Shown: piece after piece, positions 1 to 11,939 of the stretch | Layout: the number at the start of each line of letters is the position of its first letter | Numbering within the stretch: position 1 is the first letter of the stretch | Source: Chiloscyllium plagiosum | Lineage: Eukaryota | DNA: 28,834 nucleotides | Reading direction: 5' to 3' | Assembly: GCF_004010195.1 (NCBI RefSeq) | Contig: NC_057717.1 | Span: 105,336,696 to 105,365,529, forward strand | The notes under the pieces: generated by a model | The model's input: the letters and a program-made list of their open reading frames with translations, nothing else | What the model was told of the DNA's origin: nothing | The model's database searches: none | Program-made: the position numbers and the translations under genes

Positions 1-1261
1 AGTCAATGTGGTTTTGTGCATGTGAAATCATGTCTCACTAACTTGATTGAGTTTTTTGAAGATGTGATGAAGAGGATTGATGAAGGCAGAGCAGTGGACA
101 TAATTTATGTGGACTTCAATAAAGTGTTCGACAATGTTCTGCATGGGAGAATAGTTAACAATGTTAGATCATGTGGAATACAGGAAAAACTAGCCATTTG
201 GATACAAAAGTGGCTTGAAGATAGGAAACAGAGGATGGTGCTTTTTGAACTGGAGGCATGTGATGAGCGGTGTGTTACAAGGATCAATGCTGGGTCATTT
301 ATATAAATGGTTTGGATGTGAATATAGGAAATATTGTTAGTAAGGTTGCAGATGACACCAAAATAGGTGGTGTAGTGGACAACAGAAAAGGTTACCTGAG
401 TAAACAGGACTTTGATTAGATGGGCCAAAAAGCCAAGGAGTACCAGATGGAGTTTAATCTAGATAAATGTGAGATGCTATGTTGTCGTAGGGCAAATAGG
501 GGCAGGTCTTATACACTTAATTGTAAGATCCTGTGGAGTGTTCTGAAACAAAGAGACCTTGGAGTGCAGGATCATAGTTCCTTGAAAGTGCAGTCGCAGG
601 TAGACAGGATAGTGAAGAAGGCTTTTGGTACACTTGCTTTTATTGGTCAGTGCATTGAGTATAGGAGTTGGGAGGTCATGTTGCAGTGGTATAGGACATT
701 GGTTAAGCCAGTTTGGAATACTGTGCTCAATTTCTGCTATAGGAATGATGTTGTGAAACTTGAAAGGGTTCAAAAAAGATTTACAAGGATATTGCAGTGA
801 TTGGAGAGTTTGAGCTTTAGGGAGAGGCTAAATAGGCTGGGGCTATTTTCCCTGGAGCATCGGAGGCTAGAGGGGTGACCTTATGCAAATTTATAAAATC
901 ATGAGGGACATGGATAGGGTGACTAGTGAAGTTCTTTTCCTCAGGATAGGGTGTCCAAAACTAGAAGGCATAAGTTTAAGGTGAGTGGTGAAAGATTTAA
1001 AAGGTACCAAAGGGTCGACATTTTCATGCAATGGATAGAGCACGTATGGAGTGAATTGTCAAAAAAAGTGGTGGTGGCTGATAAAATTACAAAATATAAA
1101 AGGCATCTGGATGGGTGCATGAATAGGAAGGGTTTCAGAGGGACATGGACCAAATGCTACCAAATGGGACTAGGTTAATTTCAGATATCTGGTCAGCATG
1201 CATGAGTTAGACCAAAAGGTCTGCTTCCATGCTGTACATCTCTATGACTGTATGACTCTAT
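1..1261 (+). mobile_element. CR1-clade LINE, 3' part (decayed ORF2 RT and tail), runs off the window start
   Basis: Frameshifted CR1 RT motifs KSCLTNLIEFFE, DIIYVDFNKVFD, ADDT, MEFNLDKCE, LERVQKRFTR; ends in the (CTATGACT)n-type tail. Confidence 0.95.
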
Positions 1262-1785
1262 ATGTGAATTAAGTTAGATAAAAGAGGTTGAAGAAGGTTT
1301 GTGTAGAGCACAAAGATTGGTATAGATCTGTTGGACTAAATTTCCTGGAATTATGAATACTATGTAATGGTGCCAGGGACCCTCCCGACCTAAGTGAGAA
1401 CTCTATTAGGATCAGTTTGTGATGATTGAATCCCCTGCTAACCTTCAACAATCAAACCTATCTCCCAGGTGATAGTATGGTCCACTGAGTGGCTGGACTA
1501 TCTGGAAGTTGCTATAGGAAACTCCAGCCATTTTGAACACTTGAGTTTCATTTGTGTCACATTAGCCAAATAAATGATACTTTGGCAGATCATGTTGCTG
1601 TGTTGAAATATCAGTTTCAATGTGGCACGGTGCAGTTTCTGATGGAAATTTAGGTAAAGTGCCATGAATAAGATTCTTTCATTCTATAAAAGGATTTTAA
1701 TAACAGGTGACTCTTCAGATTGCTAACATTAATCAGGCAACAAGGTTTTAAAGTGTATCTAATAACAAGAAGAAATATTCAAAAG

Positions 1786-1890
1786 AAAAGAGTTCTGAGG
1801 AAGGGTCACTGGACCTGAAACATTCACTCTGCTTTCTCTCCACAGATGCTGCCAAACCTGCTGAATTTTTCCAGCAATTTCTGTTTTTGT
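1786..1890 (+). mobile_element. Short Penelope-like element 3' fragment with degenerate hammerhead core
   Basis: CTGAGGA-AGGGTC-ACTG-GACCT-GAAACATT at 1795-1824, then CAGATGCTGCC...CCAGCA shared with other PLE ends in the window; flanked by direct repeat TTCAAAAG (1778-1785, 1891-1898). Confidence 0.8.
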
Positions 1891-3129
1891 TTCAAAAGCC
1901 ATTGTGTGATTTTTGCAATCCAGTGATTTGAGACATCAGTCTCCTTCTTGGTGACAGATCAGAACAGTCCTTATTTGTTATTTGGGGTCAGTCATAAACA
2001 CAGATTCATGAGTACTCCAATTGAAGTGCAATCTTTGGCACAAAGCACCATGCAGCGTACCATAGAGACAAATACGTGCATTAAGTTGTACTATTGAAAA
2101 TTTTGTCAGGGAAGTCCCAGTCATCCCAGGATGTGGTGATGCTAGTTCAGAGAGATATGATGAATGCTCTAGCATTAGGACTGATTTATCCTCAAGTAGA
2201 GTAGATGAAATGTTGAATGTTCTCTTATCAGAAAATTAAAGCAATCAGGAAGAGTACTTATCGTAAAATTGCTGGTGAGAAATGTAATTCTTTCCATTAG
2301 TTCATTCCTCTGTAAAAGTGTGTGATGTTATCACAGCATCAACTTCCTTTGAAATAACACCAGCGACAGCCTCTCCACTACCATATGTGTACTCACTACA
2401 GTATCTGGAAGCCTATTCTAGGTATTCATCTCTCACTGCAAAGATGTACTTCTTGATATGACATCTTTTGCAGATGTCTCTCTAAATTCCAATTGTTGAA
2501 TTATAATTGTTTAAATGAAAACAGTTCTCCATGTTAACTTTTTTGATTCTATTTATAAGCACAAATCTTTCAGTGAATTCCCCAGATTCACAACAGATTG
2601 CATGTGAATTGTGGAAAAGGCAGACTGGATGGGCCAAATGTCCTATTTCATTTCACGTTTCATCCTATTCTCAATGATGAACTTCTGAATTTGTCTTGCA
2701 ATTTATCAGACTTGGAAAATGCTCCACAGCTTTCCTATAAAATTGTCATTTCAGAATAAGAATGATTGACTTGGACTTTCTCTGATTTTGACTAATTCTA
2801 TTTCAAAAATGTAACAACTTTAATTTTAAAAATCCTCCTCCTCTTCAACAAGGCTAGTACAACAAATGGATTTGATTTTGTTTTGGGTGGGTTTTGAAAG
2901 CACACAAAAGAAACTATTATCATTTTTAAAACATTTCTTTCTTCAAAATACGCTTCACATTTAAGCCTTTTCTCACTTTGATGAACACATCCTGAATCTG
3001 TGACTCAGACATAAATACAATATTAAAGAAAGTATTAAGATAACCTCTGTTGTGTTTCCTGCCTTTTATGCGAAGATATTTTAGAAGAGGAATCTTTCTT
3101 AACAAAAAGTTTCAATTTATCAATGCTAA

Positions 3130-3675
3130 GAGTGACTGAGAGCCAGAGCAGAGCGGCCTGGAGGCATAGAGCAACGTGGATCGGCTGAAAGCCAGAACAA
3201 AGTGGGCTAGAGGCTTGAAGCAACATGGAGTGGCTGAGAGCCAGGGCAGATTGGGCAGGAGGCCTGGAGCAGTTTGGAACAGCTGGGAGCCGGAGCAGAG
3301 TGGGCCAGAGGCTTGGAGCAGAGCATGGACGGTTGTTGGGCTGGGGTCTGGTGTGGGCAGTCAGTGGCTACAGAAGCCAGTCAGACACATATGGAAGCCT
3401 CTGCACTGAGCTACTGCAATGTAATGTTTATCTGTAATTTTTTTATCTGACTGTAATGTTTATCCTTTTAACTATGACTTATTTCTAGCTTATACTATGA
3501 ATCACTATAAGGTAATGCAACTTTCTTTTATTCTTTTTTGTGTATCAAAGATTTGCACCTAAAATGGTTCCGTAAGAGGCAACATTGTAAACCTTTCACT
3601 GTACTGCTGTACTTCTGTATTTGAAAATAAGTGACAATAAAGGATAAACTATTCTGTTCTATTCCATTCTATTCA
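3130..3675 (+). mobile_element. Putative non-autonomous retroposon: VNTR body plus Rex1/Babar-like 3' tail
   Basis: Ends TTTCACTGTA...GTGACAATAAA followed by (ATTCT)n-like repeats, the same tail motif as the Rex1/Babar end at 27461-27515 (minus strand). Confidence 0.5.
3136..3332 (+). repeat. Minisatellite, 4 diverged 49-bp units
   Basis: Units beginning CTGRRAGCC start at 3136, 3185, 3234 and 3283 (exact 49-bp period). Confidence 0.9.
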
Positions 3676-4919
3676 CCTTTACAAATCAAAGTCCACTTGT
3701 CAACCAATGATGCAGTATAAATATTGGTTTTCCTGTTTGAATGCTATTTCTTGCAAATTGTACGAATAAGTAAAAGATACAAAGCATCAACAAAAAACAT
3801 TTTTCCAAAACTATCAATTTGAATGGGAAGATGGTCACGTGTTCCTTTGTAGCTGTACCTTTAAAAGTGTAGGGGTGAAAAATTGAGGAGAAAACAGAAG
3901 CTTAACTTTTATATCAATGTGACACATTCATCTGATTTTATAGTAATCATGAAAAATCAATATGTGCAACAAAAGTAAAAGCTATCGTGAACATCTTCTC
4001 TCTGACTCATGACATTTTTTTCTTCTCTGATTGCTAAACTAGCTTTTGCCATTTGCTTGATCATATTATTTCTCTGGCCAAGTAGGACATGGAGATGGAC
4101 TTGATTGGATTGGGTTAAACATAATAATTCAAAGTGTTTGAGACATTCACCTAGAGTTATCATGATTACGAGGGCAGTCAATAGTTTTACAGGGAAAAAC
4201 TCCAATTACAGGATTATGGCTTATAATCAATAATACTGAAAACAACACTTATGATAAGCCACCAGGTACAGCTTGACTGCAAAGAATTCTTAAGAGGGTA
4301 TACAAAAGACTAGCTGAATAGTTAGTATTGAAACAAGCAATCAGAAAAGAATTAAGATGCATTATATCTCCTGAATTCAGAAAAGACTTGCTGTGACAGT
4401 TCAGACTGTGGAATTTGAGGGATGGTAACTACAAACATATACACATGTTTGGCTTGAGACGAAAGGCTAGATATTTTAAGCTGTTCAGATAACAATCCTG
4501 ATGAATACATTTATTTAAATAGATTACAAACTGTCTATTATTATTATCATTCATGAAGCTGACTCATTTGGTCATAATAAAAATCATTTTATAAGCATTA
4601 AAATCCTTTTATAGCCCTGTAGTCGTTGAAGAAAGAAATACTGATGCTTAAAACAGTTTGCACTGCTTATTTTGGGCATCTTTGTGTGTAGCTGGTTTTC
4701 CTACTACATGATGTCATAAAAATGTGGAAATTTCAAATTTGCAACAAAAACAGTATTTCCATATTTATATTCAGGCGTAGTCTATTCCTGTTGTAGAGTA
4801 GACAGGAAATCAGACAATTACAGTCAGCTTGTTACATTGTATGAGAAAGACTGAAAGAATAAACTATTCAGATATAATAGTGTTTGTTAGATTGCATTAT
4901 CATTCTTCTCACATTGCAG

Positions 4920-5012
4920 GAAAACTAATGAACATTGGAGGAAAGAAAAATTGGAATGACTCTGTGGAAGAAAAGCTATGGCCTTTCCAGCAATGACTCG
5001 TGATGCAATTGG
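4920..5012 (+). CDS. Candidate exon A of an unidentified host gene (93 nt, phase 2-2; in-frame TGA at 4957-4959, ATG at 4978)
   Basis: Acceptor ttcttctcacattgcag, donor GG|gtaaaa; reads KTNEHWRKEKLE*LCGRKAMAFPAMTRDAIG; phase joins exon B; non-repeat context. Confidence 0.5.
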
Positions 5013-5283
5013 GTAAAAACAACACGCTGAAACACATGCAGTAGCGTTTCAAAGGGCAGAAGCTATAAGAAATAACTGGATATGGAGGTGGACTTAATGA
5101 AAATGAGAACCTTAATGAGATAGCACTGGTGAGTCAGCACAGCTGTTTCTGCCTGAAATAAACGAAGCACTTAAATTGACAATTTTGAAATTGATGTTAA
5201 TGTGAATGGATAATGGTTATGAGTTTTTTGCCAATATAAGCAAACTGCCCATTTTAATGTGGGTGTTTTAAGCACTAAGGACT

Positions 5284-5362
5284 GTAGAGCATTTCACGAC
5301 TTCACAACATCGCAAAGTACAGCCAATTAAGTACTTTTGAAATGTGGTCACTATTGTAATGT
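5284..5362 (-). mobile_element. Deu-type SINE 3' tail fragment
   Basis: Reverse complement ACATTACAATAGTGACCACATTTCAAAAGTACTTAATTGGCTGTA resembles the tail at 14220-14290. Confidence 0.65.
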
Positions 5363-5641
5363 CTCGACTTATCACAGTGCTCCCTTCCAGAGAGATTGGA
5401 ATGGCATTATATTCTAATTGCACATGATTAAGTCACTCCAATGAACAGTGTGTATCTTCCCAAGCTGGGATGAATGAATTTCAATACATCATGTAACAAG
5501 TATTTTTTTAATCTGACAGTGTAGCAAAGTAATTAATTAACTGTCAGATTACACTTAGCAAAAGTTTGAATGTTTGAATGAATTTCAACACATAGACACA
5601 CCACATGCTACCCTAGGACCTATGGAATACAGAGGTTCAGA

Positions 5642-5949
5642 TAAGATTAGATTACAGTGTGGAAACAGGCCCTTCGGCCCAACAAGTCCACACCGACCCA
5701 CCGAAGCACAACCCACCCATACCCCTACATTTACCCCTTACCTAACACTACAGGCAATTCTAGCATGGTCAATTCACCTAACCTGCACATCTTTGGACTG
5801 TGGGAGGAAACCGGAGCACCACAGGAAACCCACGCAGACACAGGGAGAACATGCAGACTCCACACAGTCAGTCACCTGAGGCGGGAATTGAACCCGGGTC
5901 TCTGGCGCTGTGAGGCAGCAGTGCTAACCACTGTGCCACCGTGCCACCC
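5642..5949 (-). mobile_element. HE1-like V-SINE (tRNA-derived), near full length
   Basis: Minus strand has A box TGGCACAGTGG, B box GGTTCAATTCC, core TGTGTGGAGTCTGCATGTTCTCCC, CR1-like tail GGGCCGAAGGGCCTGTTTCC and (AATCT)n; very similar to 23302-23617. Confidence 0.93.
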
Positions 5950-6441
5950 ACTAAACAAGCCTAATTTTTTTTAAATTTATTTTTGGAGTGCAGACCACTG
6001 ACAAGGCCTTGAGAGGAGTGTGGTGAGCCTTTTTTACATAATGTCTATGGGAGATAGGATTTTAATCCAGCAAAAGTGAATGAATGGCAATATAGTTCCA
6101 AGTCAGGATAGTATGTGGTTTGGAGGGGATCTTGCAAGTGCTCCCAGATATCCATTGTCCTTTTCCTCCTGTGTGATAGAGGTCATGGATATGGAAGATG
6201 CTGTCATAGAAGCCTTGGTGAATAACTGCAGTGTGTTTTGTAAATGGTACACACTGCTATTTGTTCGTCATTAGTGGAGGGAATGAATGTTTAAGGTTGC
6301 GGATGGGGCTGTTTTGTCCTATAAGGCATTGAGTTTTTTAGCATTGAAGGAGCCACCCTTATCATAGAGGTACAGAATATTCCATTACACTCCTAACTTG
6401 TGCTTTAAAGACGCTGGACAGGCATTCGGAGATTCAGGAGG

Positions 6442-7060
6442 GGAGGCGATGGCTTACTGCTACTACCTACCATCGTGCGGCATGGTGGTTCAGTGGTTAG
6501 TACTGCTGTCTTAAAGTGCCAGGGACCTGGGTTCAATTCCAGCCTTGGGTGACTGTCTGTGTGGAGTTTGTACATTCTCCCTGTATCTACATGACTTTCC
6601 TCCCACAATCTAAAGCTTTGGTGAATTGACTGTGCTAAATTGCCCATAGTGTTCAGGGATGTGTAGGTTAGGCAGGGGTAAATATAGGGGGAATCTGGAT
6701 GAGTTGATCTTCAAAGGGTTGGTGTGGACTTTCTGGGCTGAAGGGCCTGTAGGGATACTGGTACAGTACACTATTAATCCAGAGACTCAGGTAGTGCTCT
6801 GGGAACCTGGGTTCAAATGGCTGATTATGGATTTGACATTCAATAAAGATCTGGAATGAAGTGTGTATCTATGACCATGAAACCATTGCCGATTGTTGTA
6901 AAAACTTTCTGATTCACTTTAGGGAAGGAAACTGCCATCTTTACCTGGTCTGGTGTACACCTGACATAGAGTTACAGCAATTTGGTTGACTGTTAACTGT
7001 TGTATGGACAATAAATGCTGTCTTGACCAGTAATGCCCACATTCTGTGAATTTTAAAAAA
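6442..7060 (+). mobile_element. Second tRNA-derived SINE family, with its head split by an HE1 insertion
   Basis: Head GGAGGCGATGGC at 6442 resumes as CTATTAATCCAGAGAC...GGGTTCAAAT (B box) at ~6771-6818; body TTTAGGGAAGGAAA...CCTGGTCTGG; tail ATAAATGCTG...GCCCACAT. Confidence 0.7.
6475..6756 (+). mobile_element. HE1-like V-SINE, diverged and internally deleted
   Basis: TGGTTCAGTGGTTAG A box, GGTTCAATTCC B box, TGTGTGGAGTTTG core, GGGCTGAAGGGCCTGT tail. Confidence 0.88.
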
Positions 7061-8017
7061 TGACCTAAGTTATTCACCTCAGAATTTCCAGTCACTGACC
7101 TGCTGTTATAGCCATGGTATTAATATGATAGTCCAGTTCAATTTCTGTTCATGGTAAGTCACAGGATGTTAATAATGTGGATTCAGTAATGATAACACCA
7201 TTGAATATCAAGGAAGGATGGTTAAATTCTCTCTTGCTGGAAAAGACCATTGCCTGGCACTTATATGGTGTGAATGTTACTTTCGTTATCAGTCCCACTG
7301 AGGTGATTGGGACTAATTTATGGATAACGTTTTATATTACTGTCAATGTTCAATAATTCATAGAAACATAGAATATAGGAACCTGAGTAGGTCATTTGGT
7401 CCTTCAAGCATGCTAAACCATTCAATATAATCATGGCTGATCATCCAACAATGTATCCTGTTCCCACTTCCTCTCCATACCATTGATTCCTTTAGCCCTA
7501 AGAACAATATTTATCTCCTTCACAAAAACATTCAATGCTTTTATGTCCATCACTTTCTGTAGCAAAGAATTCCACAGGCTCACCACTTTCTGGGTGAAGA
7601 AATTTCTCCTCATGTCAGTCCTGTCCCTCAAATTGTGACCTCTTGTTCTGGACTGCATGACCATTAGAACATCCTTCCTGAATTTACCCTTTCTAGTCCT
7701 GGTAGAATTATATGGGTTTCTATGAGATTCTACCTCTTCTAAATTCCTGTGAATATAATCCTAACCGATTCATACATCAGTCCCACCATCCCAGGAATCA
7801 ATCTGGTAAACCTTCATTGCAATCACTTCATAGGCAGAACATCCTTCCCCAGAGATAAGGGGACCTAAACTGTACACAATACTCCAGGTGTGGTCTCACT
7901 AACACACTGTGTAATTGAACCAAGACATCACTGCTCTGGTACTCAAATCCTCTCACTAAGAAAGCTAACGTGCCATTTACTTTCTTCACCAGCTGCAGCA
8001 CCTGCATATATAATTTC

Positions 8018-8115
8018 ATGACTTAACAACCACCTGATGAAGGAACAGCACTCTGAAAGCTAGTGTTCCCAATTAAACCTGTTGGACTATAACCTGGTGT
8101 TGTGTGATTTTTAAC
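8018..8115 (+). mobile_element. 98-bp hammerhead-bearing mini-element (PLE-type) inserted in the CR1
   Basis: Perfect 11-bp direct repeat TATATAATTTC (8007-8017, 8116-8126); CR1 sequence resumes on both sides. Confidence 0.85.
8031..8065 (+). ncRNA. Minimal type I hammerhead ribozyme motif (stem II mutated)
   Basis: CAC-CTGATGA-AGGAAC-AGC-ACTCT-GAAA-GC-TA-GTG: core boxes, stem I CAC/GTG, palindromic AGCT in place of stem III. Confidence 0.65.
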
Positions 8116-9076
8116 TATATAATTTCTTCAGTTGGTGTACAAGGACACCCAGGTCTCATTGCCTTTCCCCACTTCCCACTCTGTTATTATTCAGGTAATA
8201 ATCTGCTCCCTGTATTTGCTACCAAAGTGGATAACCTCACATTTATCTAGATTATACTTCATCCACCATGCATTTGCCCACTCACTCAACTTGTCCAAAT
8301 CACGAGACATCCTTCCATACTCCTCACTGTTCACCCTCCCAGCTTTGTGTCATTTGAAAACTTAGAGATACTTTACATTTAGTTCCCTCATCTAACGCAT
8401 TAATGTATATTGTCCAAGCATAATGCTTTGGTCATAGTAGTCCAAGCATTAATCCTCACTGGTCACTGGCTGCTACTCAGAAAATGGCCAGCCTATTTAC
8501 TACTTTTTGTAACCTGTTTGCCAGACAGTTCTCTATGCATAACAATACACTACCACCAGTCCCATGTGTTTTAGTTTTACATGCTAATCTCATAGGTAGA
8601 TCCTTATCAAATGCCTTCTGAAAGTCAAAGTAAACCATATTCACTGAATCCCATTGTAACCCTACTAGTTATATCTTCAAAAACTTCCAGTAGATTTTTC
8701 AAGCATAATCTTCCTTTTGTAAATCCATACTGACTTTGTCCAATTCAGGACCATTAAAAAATGGAGAGGCAACGGTAAATACGATATGTCTGGGCATTTT
8801 CAATTTTATTAAATTCAAGCTCTCAACAATGATCTCAAAATCTAAAAAGTAAAAAACCAGTATGCCTAGAAGACCTATAACTGAGTTAACCATGCATTAT
8901 TTCAAAGGGTAAAACTAATGCATACTACAAATTCTGTGTATTAATCAGTTTTCAGTCATCATGGAGTAAGTTTTCTTTTACAAGAAATCAATATTTTTGT
9001 ATTTACAGTATTAAAGAAACCTGGTTGATGATCATTCTAATCCATGTCTCAGAATATAACGACAGATAGCAAACAT

Positions 9077-10878
9077 GTTTTATAAATGTATATAAAAAAT
9101 AGTAGCTAAAGTAAACATCACTCCTTCAGAAGATGAGAAGGGGCATTTAGTAATGGGATATGAGGAAATGGCCAAGGCATTGAATAAGTATTTTGTGTTG
9201 GTTTTCACAGTGGAGGACAAGAATAACATGCCAGTAATTGACAAAGAGACAAAGGTAGGTGAGGAACTGGAAATAATCATTATCACCAAATATGTAGTAT
9301 TGGGCAAGCTAATGGAACTATGGGTAGACAAGTCTCCTGACCCTGATGGAATGCATCCCGGAATGCTAAAAGAGTTGGTGGGAGAAATAGCAAATGCATT
9401 TGTGGTAATTTTCCAAAATTCACTGGACTCTGGGGCAGTTCTAGCAGATTGGAAAACAGCAAACATGACATCACTGTTTAAAAAGGGAGGTAGACAAAAG
9501 ACGGGGAATTATAGACCGGTTAGCTTAACCTCAGTAGTGGGGAAAATACTTGAATCTATTATTGAGGAAGAAATAGCAAGGCATCTAGATAGAAATTGTC
9601 CTGTTGGGCAGATGCAGCATGGGTTCATGAAGGGCAGGTCATGCTTAACTAATCTTTTGGAATTCTGTGAAGACATTATGAACATGATGGACAATGGGAA
9701 TCCATTGGATGTGGTGTATCTAGATTTCCAAAAGGCATTCGACAATGTGCCACACAAAAGTCTGCTCCATAAGATAAAGATGCAAGGCACTATGGGCAAT
9801 GTATTATCATGGATATAGGATTAGTTAATCAACAGGAAGCAAAGAGTGGAAATAAATGAGTGCTATTTTGGTTGGCAGTCAGTGACTAGTGGTATGCCTC
9901 AGGAATCAGTGTTGGGACCACAATTATTCACAATTTACAGAGCTAAATTGAAGTTGGGGACCACGTGTAATGTTTGCAGATGACACAAAGATAAGTGATC
10001 GAGCAAAGTGTGCAGAGGACTGTGAAATGTCGCAAAGGGACTTAGGTGGTTTAAGTGAGTGGGCAAAGGTCTGGCAGATGGAGTACAATGTTAATAAGTG
10101 AGAAGTCATTCATTTCAGTATGAATAACAGTGAAAAGGACTGTTACTTGAATGGTAAGAAATTGCAGTGTGCTGCTGTGCAGAGAGTGTCTTTGTTCATG
10201 AATCACAGAAGGTTGGTCTGCAGGTGCGACAAGTAATTAAGAAGGCAAATGGAATTTTGTCCTTCATTGCTGAAGGGATTGAGTTTAAAAACAGACCGGC
10301 TATATTGCAGTTGCATCGAGTGCCGGTGAGGCCATACCTGGAGAATTGCATGCAGTTTTGGCTTCCTTACTTGAGAAAGGATGTACTGATACTAGAACGG
10401 GTGCAGAGGAGGAGGTACACTAGGTTGAGTCTGGAGTTGAGGAGGTTGGCTTATGAGGAGAGACTGAGTAGACTGGGATTATATTTATTAGAATTTAGAA
10501 GAATGGGGGGGATCTTAGAGAAACATATAAAATTATGAAGGGAATAGATAAGATAGAAATAGAGAGGTGGGTGAAACTAGGACAAGAGGACATAGCCTCA
10601 AAATTAGGGGGAGCAGATTTTGGAGAAGGAACTTCTTCACTCAGAGTTGGTGAATCTATGGAATTCCCTGCCCAGTGAAGTGGTTAAGGCTTCCTCAGTA
10701 AATGTTTTTAAAATTAAGATTGATAATTTTTTTGATCAGTAAAAGAATTAAGGGTTATAGTGAGAGGGTGGGTAAGTGGAGCTGAGGCCACGAAAAGATC
10801 AGCCATAATGTTATTGAATGGTGGAGCAGGCTCGAAGGCCAGGTAGCCTACTCCTGCTCCTAGTTCTTATGTTCTTAT
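9077..10878 (+). mobile_element. CR1-clade LINE, longest piece in the window (~1.8 kb of decayed ORF2)
   Basis: ORF 9153-9818: KSPDPDGMHP, DWKTAN, NYRPVSLTSVVGKILE, QHGFMKGRSCLTNLLEF, YLDFQKAFD; then FADD; stops and frameshifts; tail (TTCTTATG)n. Confidence 0.97.
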
Positions 10879-11784
10879 AGAGGAAGCATACTATTGGCTA
10901 TATTGGAAACTTGGTTAAACAATTACAGTTTTGTTGTGATCCAGGGGTGATAGGATTAGAGAAAGATGGTGTTCTCCCATAGCCTAGGTCATAAGATCAC
11001 TCACCAATGGAAGATGCAAGCAGGAGGTTCATGAAAGAATGAGCTGTAATATTCACCACCCATATCCAGTTAAGAAACTGCTGATACTGTCTGGACATAA
11101 ATGGCATTATGATGCCATATAAACAAGAGTTGTCGATGCAACTCCACTCCAATAACAATCAACATGTTCAACAGAGTTGGAGAGAAATTTGTGAAAAATA
11201 ATTAGATTTTTTATCTGTCCAATTGTCACAATGCATATTTGCCAACTGTAGTCTGAAATAGTGGCTATTACAGGCAGGTTATAGCGTCAATAACAAAGAG
11301 GAATGGGTGCCAAGTTGTATATTTGCTTTACGCAGCTGAGCATTTGAATCAGTTCTTCTGTTCCTGGAACTATGGCAACATTACAATCTGGAAATCAGCA
11401 ACAGGAAGCTTATGCAGTCTTTTTCAATGAGCCTGCACCCCATCATTTTGATAAATATTACCTCTGTTGACTCTATTTTTTCTGAATGACTGGTTTCAGT
11501 GTCTGATTCCATCTGTCTGCCACCTCGCTGATATTTACAGTGACTTTATTTCAACTTAAGCCCTTCAGATTATGCTTCAGTTAGCACCAGTAGTTGTTTC
11601 TATTCAAGTTATTTCTCAATTCTTTGACATTTTGAGCATTTAAGAGTCTGTTTAATGTAAATAATTTATTGTATCAGTGGCTTCAGTCCAAAAGATTCTC
11701 TGGAGGAAATAGGACAGTGAAGAGATCTCTGGGTTCATCATATTTGAATATAAATCAACAAATACAATACCACCATCAAAAGGA

Positions 11785-11939
11785 AAATGAATTCCTCCTC
11801 CCCTCCATTTTAAATGAAAGACTTATTATTTTTAAACTGTGCCCCTTAGTTTTAGGCTTTCCACAGGGGGAAATACCCTCTCAGAATCTATCTGGTCAAG
11901 ACCCCTCACAATCGTATAGGTTTCAATTAGATCACCCCT
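11785..11939 (-). mobile_element. CR1 3'-region fragment
   Basis: Minus strand reads RGDLIETYTIVRGLDQID...KTKGHSLKI. Confidence 0.75.

Larger units (their letters stand above)
5975..7298 (-). mobile_element. Old CR1/L2-clade LINE 3' part, interrupted at ~6441-7062 by SINEs
   Basis: Minus strand of 7065-7298 gives VTFTPYKCQAMVFSSKREFNHPSLIFNG and QKLNWT, typical of the RT C-terminus; the element continues in 5975-6440. Confidence 0.7.
7359..8744 (-). mobile_element. CR1-clade LINE, 5'-truncated
   Basis: Minus-strand VRPHLEYCVQF, RNFFTQKVVSLWNSL, DFQKAFDK, GQSQYGFTKGR; tail (TTCTATG)n-like near 7359-7373. Confidence 0.93.

Noticed and set aside
1290..2670. Faint CR1-like remnants near 1290-1365, 2130-2260 and 2615-2660
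   Set aside because: Too diverged to call by eye
3136..3332. CRISPR-like array
   Set aside because: Whole units are repeated with no unique spacers, there are no cas genes, and the context is vertebrate
4381..4424. Possible upstream exon KRLAVTVQTVEFEG(W), phase-compatible with exon A
   Set aside because: Only 44 nt with modest splice signals, so it could be chance; unresolved without RNA-seq
9153..9818. 221-aa RT ORF as a functional or domesticated gene
   Set aside because: It stops before the catalytic FADD motif, and the rest of the element has stops and frameshifts; an ordinary CR1 relic
10900..11780. Unassigned stretch examined for exons or an old transposon
   Set aside because: I found no phase-compatible open exon or recognisable motif
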